64,000 bases of DNA, from assembly GCA_041686895.1 (NCBI GenBank), contig JAWLCY010000017.1, positions 2,490 through 66,489 on the forward strand. Direction: 5' to 3'. The position numbers and the translations under genes were made by a program. The stretch comes from Saliniramus sp. GTDB lineage: Bacteria; Pseudomonadota; Alphaproteobacteria; Rhizobiales; Beijerinckiaceae. Shown here in pieces: positions 1-8,994 of the stretch (its first letter is position 1; every line of letters starts with the position of its first letter). The notes below the pieces were generated by a model. The model made no database searches, had not been told where the DNA came from, and was given only the letters and a program-made list of their open reading frames with translations.

Positions 1-169
1 CGCCGCGGCGCGCGCTCTCGCCATTGCCGACCTGATGGCCGTCAAGCAGCGCGCAGAAGACGGGATCGCCGTCGAATCGGGGCAGGCAACCCCAGACCAC
101 CTGCGCGCGCCGGTCGATCAGCGCGGCGCTCATGCAATTGCCGATGAGGGCGAGGTCGAGCGAGCTCAT
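1..169 (-). CDS. glycoside hydrolase family 15 (glucoamylase/trehalase-like), N-terminal fragment running off the window
   Basis: Not in the ORF track because it is truncated. Manual minus-strand translation from the ATG at 167-169 gives MSSLDLALIGNCMSAALIDRRAQVVWGCLPRFDGDPVFCALLDG..., which fits the IGNC..AALID...W.C.PRFD.DPVF pattern of bacterial GH15 N-termini. AAGGAGG Shine-Dalgarno at 180-186. Lies directly downstream of otsA. Confidence 0.7.
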   Translation of the reverse strand, partial: MSSLDLALIGNCMSAALIDRRAQVVWGCLPRFDGDPVFCALLDGHQVGNGESARRG

Positions 170-274
170 GCGGGAGGCACCTCCTTGAGACAAGTCGTCC
201 CATTCTGGCCCCGGCGGCGCAAACAAATCCTCAACGCCGCCGAAGACAGCGGCCTGGCGTCGCGATCGCGCCGG

Positions 275-2503
275 TCAAGCCGCCGGGACGCGCCTGCGCT
301 CCTTGTCGATCAGGCGCATGATGCGCTGCTTCTTGCGCAGGCGCGCAGCGTCGAGAAGCATCTGCCCCGCCCAGCGGTAGACATTCCGGGTCTGGACCTG
401 CTCGCGCATGATCTTCATGCGTTCGCGCTGCTCGTTCGGGTCCATCGTCAAGGCGCGGTCGATCGCTTCTCCCATTGCATGGGCGTCGTAGGGATTGACG
501 ATCAGCGCCTCGCCCAGTTCCCGCGACGCGCCCGCGAAGGCGGAGAGGATGAGCACGCCCTGCTCGTCGTCCCGCGCGGCAACGAATTCCTTGGCGACGA
601 GGTTCATCCCGTCGTGCAGGCTGGAGACGATGCAGAGGTCGGCGGCGCGGAAGAGCTCGAACACCTCGTCCGGCTCATGATGGCGCACGACGAGCTGTAT
701 CGGATCGAAGCTCCCGTCTCCGTGACGCGCGTTGATGTCATTCGCAAGCGCCGCGGCCTCGTCCTGCAGGGTCTGGTAATTGGCGAGCTTCGCCCGGGTG
801 GGCGCCGCCGCCTGCACGAAGCAGAAGCGTCCCCTCCATTGCGGATACGCCGTCAGAAGCGCATCGACCCCGTGCATGCGGTCGAGGATCCCCTTGGTGT
901 AGTCGAAGCGTTCGATGCCCACCCCCAGCATCACGTCCTCCGGCAGACCCAGACGCTCGCGCACGGTCTTTCGCGCCTCCTCGACCGGACGCTGGTTCGC
1001 CATGGCCGTGGGCGGCCATTCGATCGAGATCGGGTAGGGCCGCACGAATGCCTCGTGCCCCTTGAGCGTGATCGAATCGAACTCCCGGTCGATGCGGCTC
1101 TCCATGAACCGGTCGACGGTCTCGATGAAGTTGTTGCAGTGGAACTGCGTGTGAAAGCCCAGGATCGAGGAGCCGAGCAGCCCGTCGATAATATCCTCCT
1201 TGTAGGGGCAGATGCCGAAGGTCTCGGAATTCGGCCAGGGGATGTGCCAGAAGGTGATGATGGTCGCATCCGGAAGGCGCTCGCGGATCATCCGGGGGGC
1301 GAGCGCGAGATGATAATCCTGTATCAGGACGATCGGGTCGGGACGCTTGGCCTCCGCCACCACGGCGTCCGCGAATTTCTCGTTGACCGTGCGATACATC
1401 CGCCAGTCGGCCTCCCGGAAGACCGGACGCACGAACGCGATATGGCAAAGCGGCCAGAGACCCTCGTTGGCAAATCCGTAGTAATAGCCGTCCTGCTCCT
1501 CGTCCGAGAGCCAGATGCGCCGCAGGGCGTAGGACGGATTCGAGGGCGGCACCATGACGCGATCATGCGAATCGACGGCCTCCCGGTCGCCGCTTCCGGA
1601 GCCATGGGCGATCCAGGTGCCGCCGCAGGCGCGGGTCACCGGCTCGAGGGCCGAGACGAGACCGCTGGCCGGGCGCTGGATCTGCATCGAGCCGTCTTCC
1701 AGCTTGTTGTGGATGTAGGGCTGGCGGTTCGAGACGACGATGACCTCGGAGCCGGGCAGCTCATTGGCGAGGGCGATGCGCAGCGTCTCCGGGTTCCATT
1801 CCGTATGGACGGTGTCGATGGTGCGGCGGGCGAAATCGAGTTCGGCCAGCGCCGCGCGGATCTCCTCGCCGATCACCGTGGAGGTGTTCGACGGGTCCTC
1901 CGCCCGGCCGCTCCGCGCATCCTCGATCGCCTCCCGGACGGAGAGCGTCCACCGGCGCATGATCATGAAGGCGACGAGGGAGGCGAGCGCCGCGCCGCCG
2001 AAAGCGACGCCCATCAGGGCGAGGAGGAGGAATATCCGGGCCTGCACGCGGCGCTCCTCAACGGAGGCGAAATCGTGCAGGATCACGAGGCGCGCCTCGT
2101 CGGGGGGGGCGCCAAGCGGATAGGCCGCGATGAGCACCCGCTGCTCGCCATACATGACTTCGGTGAACACCTCGCCCGCCGCGACGGCGGTCTGGCCGCA
2201 ACTGAACGCTTCTGGCATCGCGGAGGAGGCAGCCTCCAGGGTCCCGGCCCGGCACAGGCCGACGGCGAGGATCCGGTCGTCGATGGTCAGGCGCTCGAGG
2301 AGGGAGGCGAGGCGCTCGGCATCCTGCGGCCCCTGCAATGCGACGACCTGGTCGCGCGTGGCGTTGAAGACAAGCTGCGAACGCAGTTCCACGTCCCGCT
2401 GCGCCCATTGATGCACGAAGGAGGTGGCAAAGGGCCAGATGGCCAGAACAACGGCGGCGGTGATCAACAACGCGATGCCGCCATATCGGATCAGGATTCG
2501 CAA
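275..2503 (-). CDS. otsA: alpha,alpha-trehalose-phosphate synthase (GT20/OtsA catalytic domain) with a ~250-aa N-terminal two-TM extension
   Basis: 742-aa ORF. From about residue 253 it carries GT20 signatures ([63 protein letters not shown]). The N-terminus has two hydrophobic helices ([16 protein letters not shown]; [26 protein letters not shown]). TTG start at 2503 with GGGAG 7 nt upstream. Confidence 0.85.
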   Translation of the reverse strand: MRILIRYGGIALLITAAVVLAIWPFATSFVHQWAQRDVELRSQLVFNATRDQVVALQGPQDAERLASLLERLTIDDRILAVGLCRAGTLEAASSAMPEAFSCGQTAVAAGEVFTEVMYGEQRVLIAAYPLGAPPDEARLVILHDFASVEERRVQARIFLLLALMGVAFGGAALASLVAFMIMRRWTLSVREAIEDARSGRAEDPSNTSTVIGEEIRAALAELDFARRTIDTVHTEWNPETLRIALANELPGSEVIVVSNRQPYIHNKLEDGSMQIQRPASGLVSALEPVTRACGGTWIAHGSGSGDREAVDSHDRVMVPPSNPSYALRRIWLSDEEQDGYYYGFANEGLWPLCHIAFVRPVFREADWRMYRTVNEKFADAVVAEAKRPDPIVLIQDYHLALAPRMIRERLPDATIITFWHIPWPNSETFGICPYKEDIIDGLLGSSILGFHTQFHCNNFIETVDRFMESRIDREFDSITLKGHEAFVRPYPISIEWPPTAMANQRPVEEARKTVRERLGLPEDVMLGVGIERFDYTKGILDRMHGVDALLTAYPQWRGRFCFVQAAAPTRAKLANYQTLQDEAAALANDINARHGDGSFDPIQLVVRHHEPDEVFELFRAADLCIVSSLHDGMNLVAKEFVAARDDEQGVLILSAFAGASRELGEALIVNPYDAHAMGEAIDRALTMDPNEQRERMKIMREQVQTRNVYRWAGQMLLDAARLRKKQRIMRLIDKERRRVPAA

Positions 2504-2906
2504 TCGGATGCTCCCGCAACTTCGCGAGCCGGAGGACGGCCCAGTTTCGTCGTCGCAGAATGTTTATCCCGGAAAAAATCCTCAATGGCAAGCAAGCGCG
2601 TGATGCATGGCGTCGATGCTGCGCTAGCAAAGGTTATCTTTTCACAGAGTAGTAAGTCTTTGTGCTTGAAACCTCGGATCAGGTCCGTCCATTTACACAT
2701 TGCGGCTATGAAACGAGCACAAAAAGATGCCGGACTGCTTCGCCATTCGAAGTTGAAAATTTAATATTCTTCAGTAATTGCTTCACACGCGTAGCGAGAC
2801 CGAATTTCTGCCCCGGTCTCAATCCCCCGATGCGGACACAGCCGCGTCAAAGACCATGTCGGCGGTCAACGGTTCCGGGCGAGGCTGCGGAAGCGCGACG
2901 GCCGGA

Positions 2907-3140
2907 TCAGCCCGCCGCGTCGCCCACCGGGCGCTTCCCCGGCTGGTTTTCCGTCACACGCAAGATCGATTTCGCGATGAAGTAACTCGCAGGCAAGGCG
3001 ATGAGGACGCCGAGCGCCGCTGCGGCGACGATCGGCATGGCGTTCGACAGGGCCATGTCCATGGCAAGCACCGCAATGACGAACGCGCCGGCGATGGTGG
3101 GTGCGGTGAAGATGAAGACGAGTGTGGTCAGCTTGGTCAC
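2907..3140 (-). CDS. small two-TM membrane protein, function unknown
   Basis: 77-aa ORF with two hydrophobic helices (LVFIFTAPTIAGAFVIAVLAM; IVAAAALGVLIALPASYFIA). GGAG about 6 nt upstream of the ATG. High GC3 in this frame. Confidence 0.55.
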   Translation of the reverse strand: MTKLTTLVFIFTAPTIAGAFVIAVLAMDMALSNAMPIVAAAALGVLIALPASYFIAKSILRVTENQPGKRPVGDAAG

Positions 3141-3395
3141 GATATGCTCCGTCGGCCTGTCTCTTGCGCGAACGTGACGAGGATGCCTCCGCTGGCCAGG
3201 CTTCGCCTTGAGCTAGGTCAAGAGAGCCGCCACGGTTGGCCGACCCTTCCGGCGGATTGCGTTTCCTCGAGCCGTTAACCTCCTGTTAACCCTTCGGGCT
3301 CACCTTGAAGACGAGACGCGCTTCGGCGCGGCGGGGGCGACCGCGGATGTACCGGCGCCCCCGCTCTCCGTCTCGCCCCCGCCACGCCAGAGCGC

Positions 3396-4088
3396 CTATG
3401 CCGGCTCGTCCTTCGCAAGAAGGTCCGGACGCCGCTCGCGGGTGACGGCGAGGGATTGCTCCCGCCGCCAGCGGGCAATGGCGGCATGGTCGCCCGACAG
3501 CAGGATGTCGGGGATCGCCCGCCCTTCCCATTCCCGGGGGCGGGTATATTGCGGGTATTCCAGTAGCCCCGCCTCGAAACTCTCTTCCGCGCCCGAATCA
3601 TGCGCGCCCATCACGCCGGGCAGCAGGCGGACGCAGGCGTCGACGAGAACCATTGCGGCGAGTTCGCCGCCGGACAGCACATAATCGCCGATCGAGACCT
3701 CGATCAGGCCCCGCCCGGCGATCACCCTTTCGTCCACGCCCTCGAAACGTCCGCAGACGATCGAGACGCCGGGTCCCTGCGCGAGGTCGCGCACGAAATC
3801 GTGGGCGAGGGGGCGGCCGCGGGGGCTCATGAGCAGGCGCGGGCGCGGATCCTCCGGGGGGCAAGCGGCGTCAATCGCCTCGGACAGGACATCGGCGCGG
3901 ATCACCATGCCGGGTCCGCCGCCCGCGGGGGTATCGTCCACCGAGCGATGCCGGCCGCGGCCATGCGCGCGGATGTCATGTGTCTCCAGCTCCCAGATCC
4001 CGCGCGCACGGGCGTCGCCCGAGAGCGAGACCCCGAGGGGGCCGGGAAACATCTCGGGATAGAGCGTCAGGATCGAGGCGCGCCACAT
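3396..4088 (-). CDS. trmD: tRNA (guanine37-N1)-methyltransferase
   Basis: [19 protein letters not shown]...[13 protein letters not shown]...[11 protein letters not shown] are TrmD family motifs. Position in the rpsP-rimM-trmD operon. Confidence 0.95.
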   Translation of the reverse strand: MWRASILTLYPEMFPGPLGVSLSGDARARGIWELETHDIRAHGRGRHRSVDDTPAGGGPGMVIRADVLSEAIDAACPPEDPRPRLLMSPRGRPLAHDFVRDLAQGPGVSIVCGRFEGVDERVIAGRGLIEVSIGDYVLSGGELAAMVLVDACVRLLPGVMGAHDSGAEESFEAGLLEYPQYTRPREWEGRAIPDILLSGDHAAIARWRREQSLAVTRERRPDLLAKDEPA

Positions 4089-4091
4089 GGC

Positions 4092-4742
4092 TCATTCCTC
4101 TCCCGGCTTCGGCTCCGGACCGGCGGGGGCGAAAAGATCGTCGGGAGCCTCGACGACAACCCGCCGTCCCGCGAGATCCACCGTCGGCACGAAGGATTTC
4201 AGGAACGGGACGAGCGCGCTCGCCCCTCCCGCGAGCGGCGTGATCTCGAGGAGGTCGCCGGCGCCGTAATCGGGGACGGCGACGACCCGCCCGATGACCG
4301 CGCCGTCGGGACGCTCGACGCTCATCCCGATCAGGTCGGCGAGGAGGAACTCATCCTCGCCCGCCCCCGTCGCGGCGATGGCGGCGCGCGTGGTGAAGAC
4401 GCCGCGCCGGTTCAGCGCCTCGGCGAGATCGCGATCCGCAATGCCCTCAATGCTCGCGATCAGCATGTCGGCGGCGGATCCCGGAGCCGGCCGCAGGGCG
4501 GTGATGCGAAGGCGGCGGCCATAATCGTCGAAGAGCGGCTCATAGCGGGCGACGGCGAGGGGATCCTCGGTGAAGGACTTGAGGCGAACCTCGCCGCGCA
4601 GCCCGTGCGCCCTTCCAAACTCGCCGATTTGCACGGCGTCGTCCGGACGCTGTCCGTCGCCGGCGCGCGGGGATGCCGGCCGCGCCTCTCCGGAAGAGGC
4701 GGCGCGGGCGGCCCGGTCGCGGGGGCGTCCCGTCCTGCGCAT
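4092..4742 (-). CDS. rimM: ribosome maturation factor RimM
   Basis: VQIGEFGRAHGLRGEVRLKSFTEDP is the RimM N-terminal motif, with a PRC-barrel-like C-terminus. Lies between rpsP and trmD. The stop is 3 nt from the trmD ATG. Confidence 0.9.
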   Translation of the reverse strand: MRRTGRPRDRAARAASSGEARPASPRAGDGQRPDDAVQIGEFGRAHGLRGEVRLKSFTEDPLAVARYEPLFDDYGRRLRITALRPAPGSAADMLIASIEGIADRDLAEALNRRGVFTTRAAIAATGAGEDEFLLADLIGMSVERPDGAVIGRVVAVPDYGAGDLLEITPLAGGASALVPFLKSFVPTVDLAGRRVVVEAPDDLFAPAGPEPKPGEE

Positions 4743-4758
4743 CTGCGGCGCGGGCGGC

Positions 4759-5142
4759 TTACGCCGCTTCGCCGTCGGCGGGAGCCTCGGCGGGGGCCTC
4801 GGCGGCCTTGGCCTTCTCGGCGCGCTCGGCGGCGCGCTCCTGGGCCTTCTTGCCGGGCTGCGCCTTGCTCGGATTGTTGCGCGCCTCGCGCTTCATCAGG
4901 CCGGCATTGTCGAGGAAGCGCGCGACGCGGTCGGTCGGCTGCGCGCCCTTGGAGAGCCAGTCCTTCGCCTTTTCGAGGTCGAGGACGACGCGCTCGGCGG
5001 AATCCTTCGGCTTCATCGGATCGTAGGCGCCGATCCTCTCGATGAAGCGGCCGTCGCGGGGGGAGCGCGAATCGGCGACGACGATGCGGTAATAGGGGCG
5101 CTTCTTCGCGCCGCCGCGGGTGAGCCGGATCTTGAGGGACAT
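4759..5142 (-). CDS. rpsP: 30S ribosomal protein S16
   Basis: [42 protein letters not shown] is near-canonical bS16, with an alphaproteobacterial A/E/K-rich C-terminal tail. Confidence 0.97.
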   Translation of the reverse strand: MSLKIRLTRGGAKKRPYYRIVVADSRSPRDGRFIERIGAYDPMKPKDSAERVVLDLEKAKDWLSKGAQPTDRVARFLDNAGLMKREARNNPSKAQPGKKAQERAAERAEKAKAAEAPAEAPADGEAA

Positions 5143-5159
5143 TGCAGTAACTCCGTTTG

Positions 5160-5693
5160 TCAGTGTCTTGTGTTCAAAGCTTCCGCGGGATCGGGATGGC
5201 GCCAGATGTCGACCATCGCGTCCCGAAGTTCGAATTGCCCGTCCAGCCGGGCGCCGAGGCGTTCGGCGACCGCTACGGACGGGGCGTTTTTCGGATCGAC
5301 GAAGCTGATCAGCGTCGTCGCACCCAAATCTTCATAGGCATGGCGGCGAACCCGCAGGGCAGCCTCGGTCGCCAGGCCGCGTCCCCGCGAGCGCGCGAGG
5401 AGCGACCACCCGAGTTCCACCTCCGGCCATCCTTCCGGCCGCCAGAGGCCGCAATATCCGGCCAAGGCGCCGCTCGCCTTTTCCTCGAGCGCCCAGAGGC
5501 CGTAGCCGCGCAGCGCCCAATGGCCGAGGAAGGTCGCGAAGATCCGCCACGCCGCATCGCGCCCGCAGGCGCCGCCGACGAATCGCGCGCTTTCCTCGTC
5601 CGCCCAGAATTCCGCAAAGGGATCGAAATCCGCTTCGCGCCAGCCGCGCAGGATCAGGCGTTCGGTCCGAAATGTCGGGGCAGGGCAGATCAC
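5160..5693 (-). CDS. GNAT family N-acetyltransferase (RimJ/RimL-like)
   Basis: [20 protein letters not shown]...GYGLWALE...[12 protein letters not shown] are typical GNAT motifs. GTG start overlaps the ffh stop (GTGA). Confidence 0.8.
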   Translation of the reverse strand: MICPAPTFRTERLILRGWREADFDPFAEFWADEESARFVGGACGRDAAWRIFATFLGHWALRGYGLWALEEKASGALAGYCGLWRPEGWPEVELGWSLLARSRGRGLATEAALRVRRHAYEDLGATTLISFVDPKNAPSVAVAERLGARLDGQFELRDAMVDIWRHPDPAEALNTRH

Positions 5694-7279
5694 TTCTTCT
5701 TGCCTCCGAAGGGGAGGCCGAGGCCGGGAAGCTTGCCGCCGCCGAGGCCGGGCAATCCGGGAACGCCCGGCTTGCCGCCTGAGAGCCCCGGGGGCATGGG
5801 CGGAACGCCGCCGCCGCCGGCCCCCGGAGGCAATTGCCCGCCCATCTGCTTGCGGACCTGTTCGAGCATTTCCGGCGTCGGTTGCGGCATCCCGCCCGGA
5901 AGTCCTCCCGGAAGTCCTCCCATGCCGCCGCCGCCGAGGCCGAACATCGAGCCGAGGGCCCCCGCGAGGCCGCCGCGCTTGTTCTTGCCCATCATCTTCA
6001 TGACGTCCGCCATCTGGCGGTGCATCTTGAGGAGCTTGTTGATGTCCTCGACCCTCATGCCCGATCCCGCGGCGATGCGCTTCTTGCGCGAGGCCTTGAG
6101 GATGTCGGGATTGCGGCGCTCGCCGGGGGTCATCGAATCGATGATGGCGCGCTGCCGCTTGATCAGCCGGTCGTCGAGATTGGCGCCCTCGAGCTGCTTC
6201 TTCATCGCGCCCATGCCGGGCATCATGCCCATAAGCCCGCCGACGCCGCCGATCTTCTCCATCTGCGCAAGCTGGTCGCGCAGGTCCTCGAGATCGAACT
6301 TGCCCTTGCGCATCTTCTCGGCGATGCGCAGCGCCTTCTCCTGGTCGATCGACTCGGCCGCCTTCTCGACCAGCGAGACGATGTCGCCCATGCCGAGGAT
6401 GCGGTTGGCGACGCGCGAGGGATGAAACTCCTCGAGGGCGTCGACCTTCTCGCCCGTGCCGATCAGCTTGATCGGCTTGCCGGTGACCGCCCGCATCGAG
6501 AGGGCCGCGCCGCCGCGCGCGTCGCCGTCCATGCGGGTGAGGACGATGCCCGTGACGCCAAGGCGCTCGTCGAAGGCCCGCGCCGTATTGACGGCGTCCT
6601 GTCCCGTGAGGGCGTCGGCGACGAGAAGCACTTCGTGCGGATTGACGGTCTTGCCGACATCGGCCGCTTCCGTCATCAGCGCTTCGTCGACGGTGACGCG
6701 GCCGGCGGTGTCGAGCATGACGACGTCGTAGCCGCCGAGCCGCGCGGCCTCCATCGCGCGCCGCGCGATCTGGACCGCGCTCTGACCCGCCACGATCGGA
6801 AGCGTATCGACGCCGACCTGCTTGCCAAGGATCGCGAGCTGCTCCATCGCCGCGGGACGGCGGGTGTCGAGCGAGGCCATGAGGACCCGCCGCTTGTCGC
6901 GCTCGGTGAGCCTGCGCGCGATCTTCGCCGTCGTCGTGGTCTTGCCCGAGCCCTGAAGGCCGACCATCAGGATGGGGATCGGCGGCGAGGCGGCGAGGTC
7001 GATCGTCTCGGCTTCCGAGCCAAGCATCTCGACGAGCGCGTCGTTGACGATCTTGACGACCATCTGGCCGGGCGTGACGGACTTCACGACCTGCGCGCCG
7101 ACGGCTCGCTCCTTCACCTTCTCGGTGAAGCCGCGCACCACTTCGAGAGCCACGTCCGCCTCGAGAAGGGCGCGCCGCACCTCGCGGAGGGCGGCCTGGA
7201 CGTCCTCGTCGGAGAGGGTGCCGCGGCGCGTCAGCGAATTGAGAATGCCTGACAGGCGATCGGAGAGACCTTCGAACAT
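5690..7279 (-). CDS. ffh: signal recognition particle protein Ffh
   Basis: MFEGLSDRLSGILNSL..., GLQGSGKTTT, DTAGR, LTRMDGDARGGAALS, and a Met-rich M domain with a G/P-rich tail ending GGKKK. The ORF-track start (7522) is an upstream extension. The ATG at 7277-7279 matches the family N-terminus. Confidence 0.95.
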   Translation of the reverse strand: MFEGLSDRLSGILNSLTRRGTLSDEDVQAALREVRRALLEADVALEVVRGFTEKVKERAVGAQVVKSVTPGQMVVKIVNDALVEMLGSEAETIDLAASPPIPILMVGLQGSGKTTTTAKIARRLTERDKRRVLMASLDTRRPAAMEQLAILGKQVGVDTLPIVAGQSAVQIARRAMEAARLGGYDVVMLDTAGRVTVDEALMTEAADVGKTVNPHEVLLVADALTGQDAVNTARAFDERLGVTGIVLTRMDGDARGGAALSMRAVTGKPIKLIGTGEKVDALEEFHPSRVANRILGMGDIVSLVEKAAESIDQEKALRIAEKMRKGKFDLEDLRDQLAQMEKIGGVGGLMGMMPGMGAMKKQLEGANLDDRLIKRQRAIIDSMTPGERRNPDILKASRKKRIAAGSGMRVEDINKLLKMHRQMADVMKMMGKNKRGGLAGALGSMFGLGGGGMGGLPGGLPGGMPQPTPEMLEQVRKQMGGQLPPGAGGGGVPPMPPGLSGGKPGVPGLPGLGGGKLPGLGLPFGGKKK

Positions 7280-7494
7280 TATTCGCGTCCCCGTGCTATC
7301 AGCGGCGTCGTTTCCTCGAGGATGGCGGCGTCGAACATCGCGACGGCCTTCTCGAACTTGTCGCGGCATCCCGGATTGCAGAAGCCGACCACACGCTCGC
7401 GATAACGCGTGAGCGAATCCGCGCTGATCGGTTTCCCCGACCAGGGGCAAGTCGCGTTCACCGCATCCTCGACCTTGAGCTCTTCGCCCGTCAT
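7279..7494 (-). CDS. small cysteine-rich protein (CPW...CNPGC), conserved hypothetical
   Basis: MTGEELKVEDAVNATCPWSGKPISADSLTRYRERVVGFCNPGCRDKFEKAV... Its stop overlaps the ffh ATG (TAATG). The start at 7494 has an AAGGGAAAG SD-like element. In-frame ATGs at 7509 and 7533 are alternatives. Confidence 0.55.
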   Translation of the reverse strand: MTGEELKVEDAVNATCPWSGKPISADSLTRYRERVVGFCNPGCRDKFEKAVAMFDAAILEETTPLIARGRE

Positions 7495-7674
7495 CCGCTT
7501 TCCCTTCATGCATCGTCCACACCGACGATACATATGCTCCGTGCGATCAGGCGAAAGAGCCGCAACGCAAAACACGCCCGAGGGCGCATCGCGCTGTCGG
7601 GCGTTGGCCTCCGGCTTCTCGAACCGGTCGGCGGGTCGCAGTTTCGCTTTCACGAAATCGAGGGGGCTGAGTAC

Positions 7675-7707
7675 GGCGCGAGGCTTCGCGAGTCAAGGCC
7701 TCGCGCC
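7675..7707 (-). terminator. GC-rich hairpin downstream of ridA (terminator-like, no U tract)
   Basis: GGCGCGAGGC (7675-7684) pairs perfectly with GCCTCGCGCC (7698-7707) across a 13-nt loop. Begins 10 nt after the ridA stop. Confidence 0.4.
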
Positions 7708-7716
7708 GGACCGGCC

Positions 7717-8067
7717 CTATTTCGCCGCGATGACGGCGATCTCCACCTTGTATTGCGGCGCCGCGAGCTTCGCCTCGACGGTGGCGCGGGCGGGCGCGCA
7801 GCCGGGGGCTACCCACCCGTCCCACACGGCGTTCATCTCCTGGAACGTCCCGATATCGGTCAGCCAGATGCTGGCGGAGAGGAGCTTCGTCTTGTCCGTG
7901 CCGGCCTTCGCGAGGAGTCCGTCGATGATGGCGAGGATTTCCGTCGTTTGCTCGGTGACCGATCCGCCCGCCTTCTCCCGCGCAACCTGCCCGGCCAGAT
8001 AGACGGTGTCGCCATGGACGACCGCCATGCTCATGCGCGGGCCCGGTTCGATGCGTTCGATGCTCAT
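7717..8067 (-). CDS. RidA/YjgF/L-PSP family protein
   Basis: 116 aa with YLAGQVA...TEQT..IL..ID.LL...G.....L.....L.D...F..MN.VW...........PARATVEA, typical of the RidA family. Confidence 0.9.
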   Translation of the reverse strand: MSIERIEPGPRMSMAVVHGDTVYLAGQVAREKAGGSVTEQTTEILAIIDGLLAKAGTDKTKLLSASIWLTDIGTFQEMNAVWDGWVAPGCAPARATVEAKLAAPQYKVEIAVIAAK

Positions 8068-8176
8068 GCTCGTTCTCCCTCTGGACGACGTGGTTGATCG
8101 CAGGCAGTCATGCGGCGGAGCGGGCGCGGGGTAAAGGGCGGGAGGGGCCGAAAAAGCGCAAAGCCGCCCGCGAAGC

Positions 8177-8503
8177 TCACTCGTCTTCGCCGAAGCGGGT
8201 GGCGAGAAGCTCGGTGAGGGCGGCGAGGACCGCCTCGGCGTCGGGGCCGGACGCCGCGACGTCGATGGTGGTGCCCTTGGCGGCTGCGAGCGTCAGCAGG
8301 CCCATGATCGAGCGGCCGCCGACCGTCTCGCCGCAGCGGGAGACGGTCACCTCCGCATCGAAGCGCTCCACCGTCTGCACGAATTTCGCCGAGGCGCGCG
8401 CGTGCAGACCCTTCCGGTTGACGATCGGCAGCCGCAACGTGTTGGGACCAATCACGACGGGGCCGGCGAACAATCCCTCGGCCATGTGCGGCGCGTCGCT
8501 CAT
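8177..8503 (-). CDS. HPr-family phosphocarrier protein (NPr-like, PTS-Ntr)
   Basis: IVNRKGLHARASAKFV (active-site His) and GRSIMGLLTLAA (regulatory Ser region). The ATG at 8503 lies 4 nt after the EIIA stop. 8527 and 8485 are alternative starts. Confidence 0.88.
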   Translation of the reverse strand: MSDAPHMAEGLFAGPVVIGPNTLRLPIVNRKGLHARASAKFVQTVERFDAEVTVSRCGETVGGRSIMGLLTLAAAKGTTIDVAASGPDAEAVLAALTELLATRFGEDE

Positions 8504-8507
8504 CTCG

Positions 8508-8909
8508 TCATTTCCCTGCGAGCACATGGGAGGCCACGTTGATATACTTGCGCCCGGCCTCCTGTGCGTGCAGCACGGCCTCCGCGAGCGGTTCGCAGTC
8601 GCGTACGCTCGCGAGCTTGATCAACATCGGAAGGTTGATGCCCGCCACCACCTCGACCTGGCGGCCGTTCATGCAGGAGAGGGCGAGATTGGAGGGCGTG
8701 CCGCCGAACATGTCGGTGAGAACGACGACGCCCGAGCCGCTTTCGACGCGGCCGACCGCGTCGAGAATGTCGCCGCGCCGGATCTCCATGTCGTCGTCCG
8801 GGCCGATCGTGATCGTCTCGATCTGCTCCTGCGGCCCGACCACATGTTCAAGCGCTGCCCTGAACTCGGTTGCGAGTTGCCCGTGTGTGACGAGCACCAT
8901 TCCAATCAT
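8508..8909 (-). CDS. PTS EIIA component, mannose/fructose family
   Basis: MIGMVLVTHGQLATEF... (phosphorylatable His in THG) and VLTDMFGGTPSN. Conserved partner of hprK and NPr in alphaproteobacteria. Confidence 0.88.
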   Translation of the reverse strand: MIGMVLVTHGQLATEFRAALEHVVGPQEQIETITIGPDDDMEIRRGDILDAVGRVESGSGVVVLTDMFGGTPSNLALSCMNGRQVEVVAGINLPMLIKLASVRDCEPLAEAVLHAQEAGRKYINVASHVLAGK

Positions 8910-8994
8910 GTCGTCTCGTTTCCGGCGCTCGAATGAGCTGAGCCGCTATTTTGTGCAGCGCGAAGCGGAGCGCAAGCACATTGCGCGAAGAATT

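Noticed and set aside
2491-2700. 69-aa minus-strand ORF (MCKWTDLIRGFKHKD…) inside the AT-rich otsA upstream region, considered as a small gene.
   Set aside because: It overlaps the otsA start region in another frame and has no SD. Its composition switches from AT-rich to GC-rich halfway, and it resembles no family. It is more likely non-coding leader.
35-2764. 909-aa plus-strand ORF covering the whole otsA locus. Similar very long ORFs are 3600-5045 (+), 5157-6425 (+), 5834-7252 (+), 9999-11495 (+), 14952-16568 (-), 16614-18737 (-), 20207-22684 (+), 27800-29329 (-), 52703-54658 (+).
   Set aside because: Each lies antisense or out of frame to a gene with unmistakable family motifs. Their translations are Arg/Ala/Gly/Pro-rich low-complexity strings with no recognisable domains. 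Long stop-free antisense frames are expected at this G+C content.
2504-2906. Search for EcfG/general-stress-response promoters (GGAAC-N16-17-CGTT) upstream of otsA, and likewise upstream of the usp gene (34601-34678).
   Set aside because: I found no match with correct spacing on the relevant strand by eye. A PWM scan would be needed to exclude weaker sites.
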